Assembly (NCBI RefSeq): GCF_039654945.1
Contig: NW_027361898.1
Coordinates: 1,178,204 to 1,242,000, forward strand
DNA length: 63,797 bases
Source: Dendrobates tinctorius
Lineage: Eukaryota
Direction of reading: 5' to 3'
The notes under the pieces are model-generated. The model saw only the letters and a list, made by a program, of their open reading frames with translations, made no database searches and was not told where the DNA came from. A program made the position numbers and the translations under genes. Numbering within the stretch: the stretch's first letter is position 1; each line of letters begins with the position of its first letter. Positions 62,001 through 63,797 of the stretch are shown here, in pieces.

Positions 62001-62845
62001 GGATTAGATACACGGCTCAGCAGTCAGTATCACACAGGATAGGATTAGACACATGGCTCAGCAGTCAGTATCACACAGGATAGGATTAGATACACGGCTC
62101 AGCAGACAGTATCACACAGGATAGGATTAGATACACGGCTCAGCAGACAGTATCACACAGGATAGGATTAGATACACGGCTCAGCAGTCAATATGACACA
62201 GGTTAGGATTAGATACACAGCTCAGCAGTCAGTATCACACAGGATAGGATTAGATACACGGCTCAGCAGACAGTATCACACAGGATAGGATTAGATACAC
62301 GGCTCAGCAGTCAATATGACACAGGTTAGGATTAGATACACAGCTCAGCAGTCAGTATCACACAGGATAGGATTAGATACACGGCTCAGCAGACAGTATC
62401 ACACAGGATAGGATTAGACACATGGCTCAGCAGTCAGTATCACACAGCATAGGATTAGATACCCGGCTCAGCAGACAGTATCACACAGGATAGGATTAGA
62501 TACACGGCTCAGCAGACAGTATCACACAGGATAGGATTAGATACACGGCTCAGCAGTCAATATGACACAGGTTAGGATTAGATACACAGCTCAGCAGTCA
62601 GTATCACACAGGATAGGATTAGATACACGGCTCAGCAGACAGTATCACACAGGATAGGATTAGATACACGGCTCAGCAGTCAATATGACACAGGTTAGGA
62701 TTAGATACACAGCTCAGCAGTCAGTATCACACAGGATAGGATTAGATACACGGCTCAGCAGACAGTATCACACAGGATAGGATTAGACACATGGCTCAGC
62801 AGTCAGTATCACACAGGATAGGATTAGATACACGGCTCAGCACAA
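56017..62845. repeat. 41-bp minisatellite, ~166 copies, immediately upstream of the qrfp coding exon
   Basis: Unit GGRTTAGATACASRGCTCAGCAGDCAGTATCACACAGGATA; period 41. Confidence 0.98.
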
Positions 62846-63797
62846 TGTATCACACCATTTCTCATGCTCAGTAGCACCTTCTTAATGCCGGCTGTTTGTC
62901 GCTTTAGAAGCTGATCCCTTCTGCTTTGGTAGAACATTGTGGGTGACATGTCAGAGGACCGGAGGGTCAGTGGTGTGCGGTGACTGTCGCCTCAGGGTCC
63001 TAACACTGCACCCCCCTCAACGTTACTATTCTGTGTGCACCGAGTCCTCAGACCCCCGGGAGACCCCGACCTTTGTGGCTGGTCTTGTCTTTTTATTAAG
63101 GATGACTACTTTGCTGAACTTCTTGTAGAATTAATGTTGGGGTTAATCTGGGCTGATAGGAGGAGGCAACTGCTGGGAGTGCTGCCATGGAGCAAAAATT
63201 GTGGAGAACAAGCCAGGATGAGTCCATACAAAAAACAAACAAACCCTGAGCTGTGATGGCTAAGTGTGCAGGACCTTGTCCACAGAGGAGGAGAAGGGGA
63301 GCTGCAGTGTAGGGGTCTGCATTTGGGGGTGTGATTTGAGAGGGCTGCAGTTGGGGGTCAGTATTTTGGGGTACATTCCAGGGTTATTCGTTACCCATTA
63401 TGTATACCCCTTGTGAATTGAAATTACGTTATATGTGATGGGGCGACACTTACCCATCTCTTCTCAGCATCTCCGGACCCGCTGTCACCAATGAGCACTG
63501 TCCGTATCCCACCGTCTCCGCACCCCCAGATCTGCGGGTGGTCAGTGATTGAGGCAGAGACCGCTCTGGAGGGTAGCATCCAGCCGACTCTGGGACCTGG
63601 ACTGAATGTGCCTATTGGGGGAAGGCGTCTTTCACAATTTTCCTGTTCTGCTCCATCCACCACAGTAACTTGGGTCAAATAATGTTCTAATCATTTCCAT
63701 TAGGAATTATTTCTGTCACATTCAGAGCTGGAATCACAATTCTGCCAAGAACCTGACAGCACCTAGGTTTAGGTCAGACACAGTTTACTTAGGTGTA

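Noticed and set aside
56017-62845. CRISPR-like array or interstitial telomere
   Set aside because: No unique spacers, no cas genes, eukaryotic context; only 9 nt per unit match TTAGGG repeats

Overview
Vertebrate genomic DNA, almost certainly a frog (inferred from the repeat families and the 26RFa sequence). It holds two host genes in the convergent arrangement known from human 9q34. abl1 (+ strand) has coding exons 2-11 at 7525-18847, about 1069 aa, with exon 1 outside the window. qrfp (- strand) has a single coding exon at 55583-55996. Most of the rest is repeats: two DIRS tyrosine-recombinase retrotransposons, two full-length but decayed Tx1/L1-clade LINEs, a Penelope-like fragment, a probable solo LTR, a Tc1 element, many MITEs and several minisatellite families. 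The most notable system is the pair of Tx1-like LINEs. They lie head-to-tail at the identical position of consecutive units of a 62-bp minisatellite, which suggests a minisatellite-targeting retrotransposon, and their ORF1 resembles ZCCHC3. One copy carries a Penelope-type minimal hammerhead ribozyme whose core overlaps the insertion junction. Other observations are a GC-AG intron and an in-frame intron in abl1, a second RFamide peptide in the QRFP precursor, and a 41-bp minisatellite that appears to supply the qrfp branch point. All homology calls come from motif recognition and recalled sequences, not database searches.
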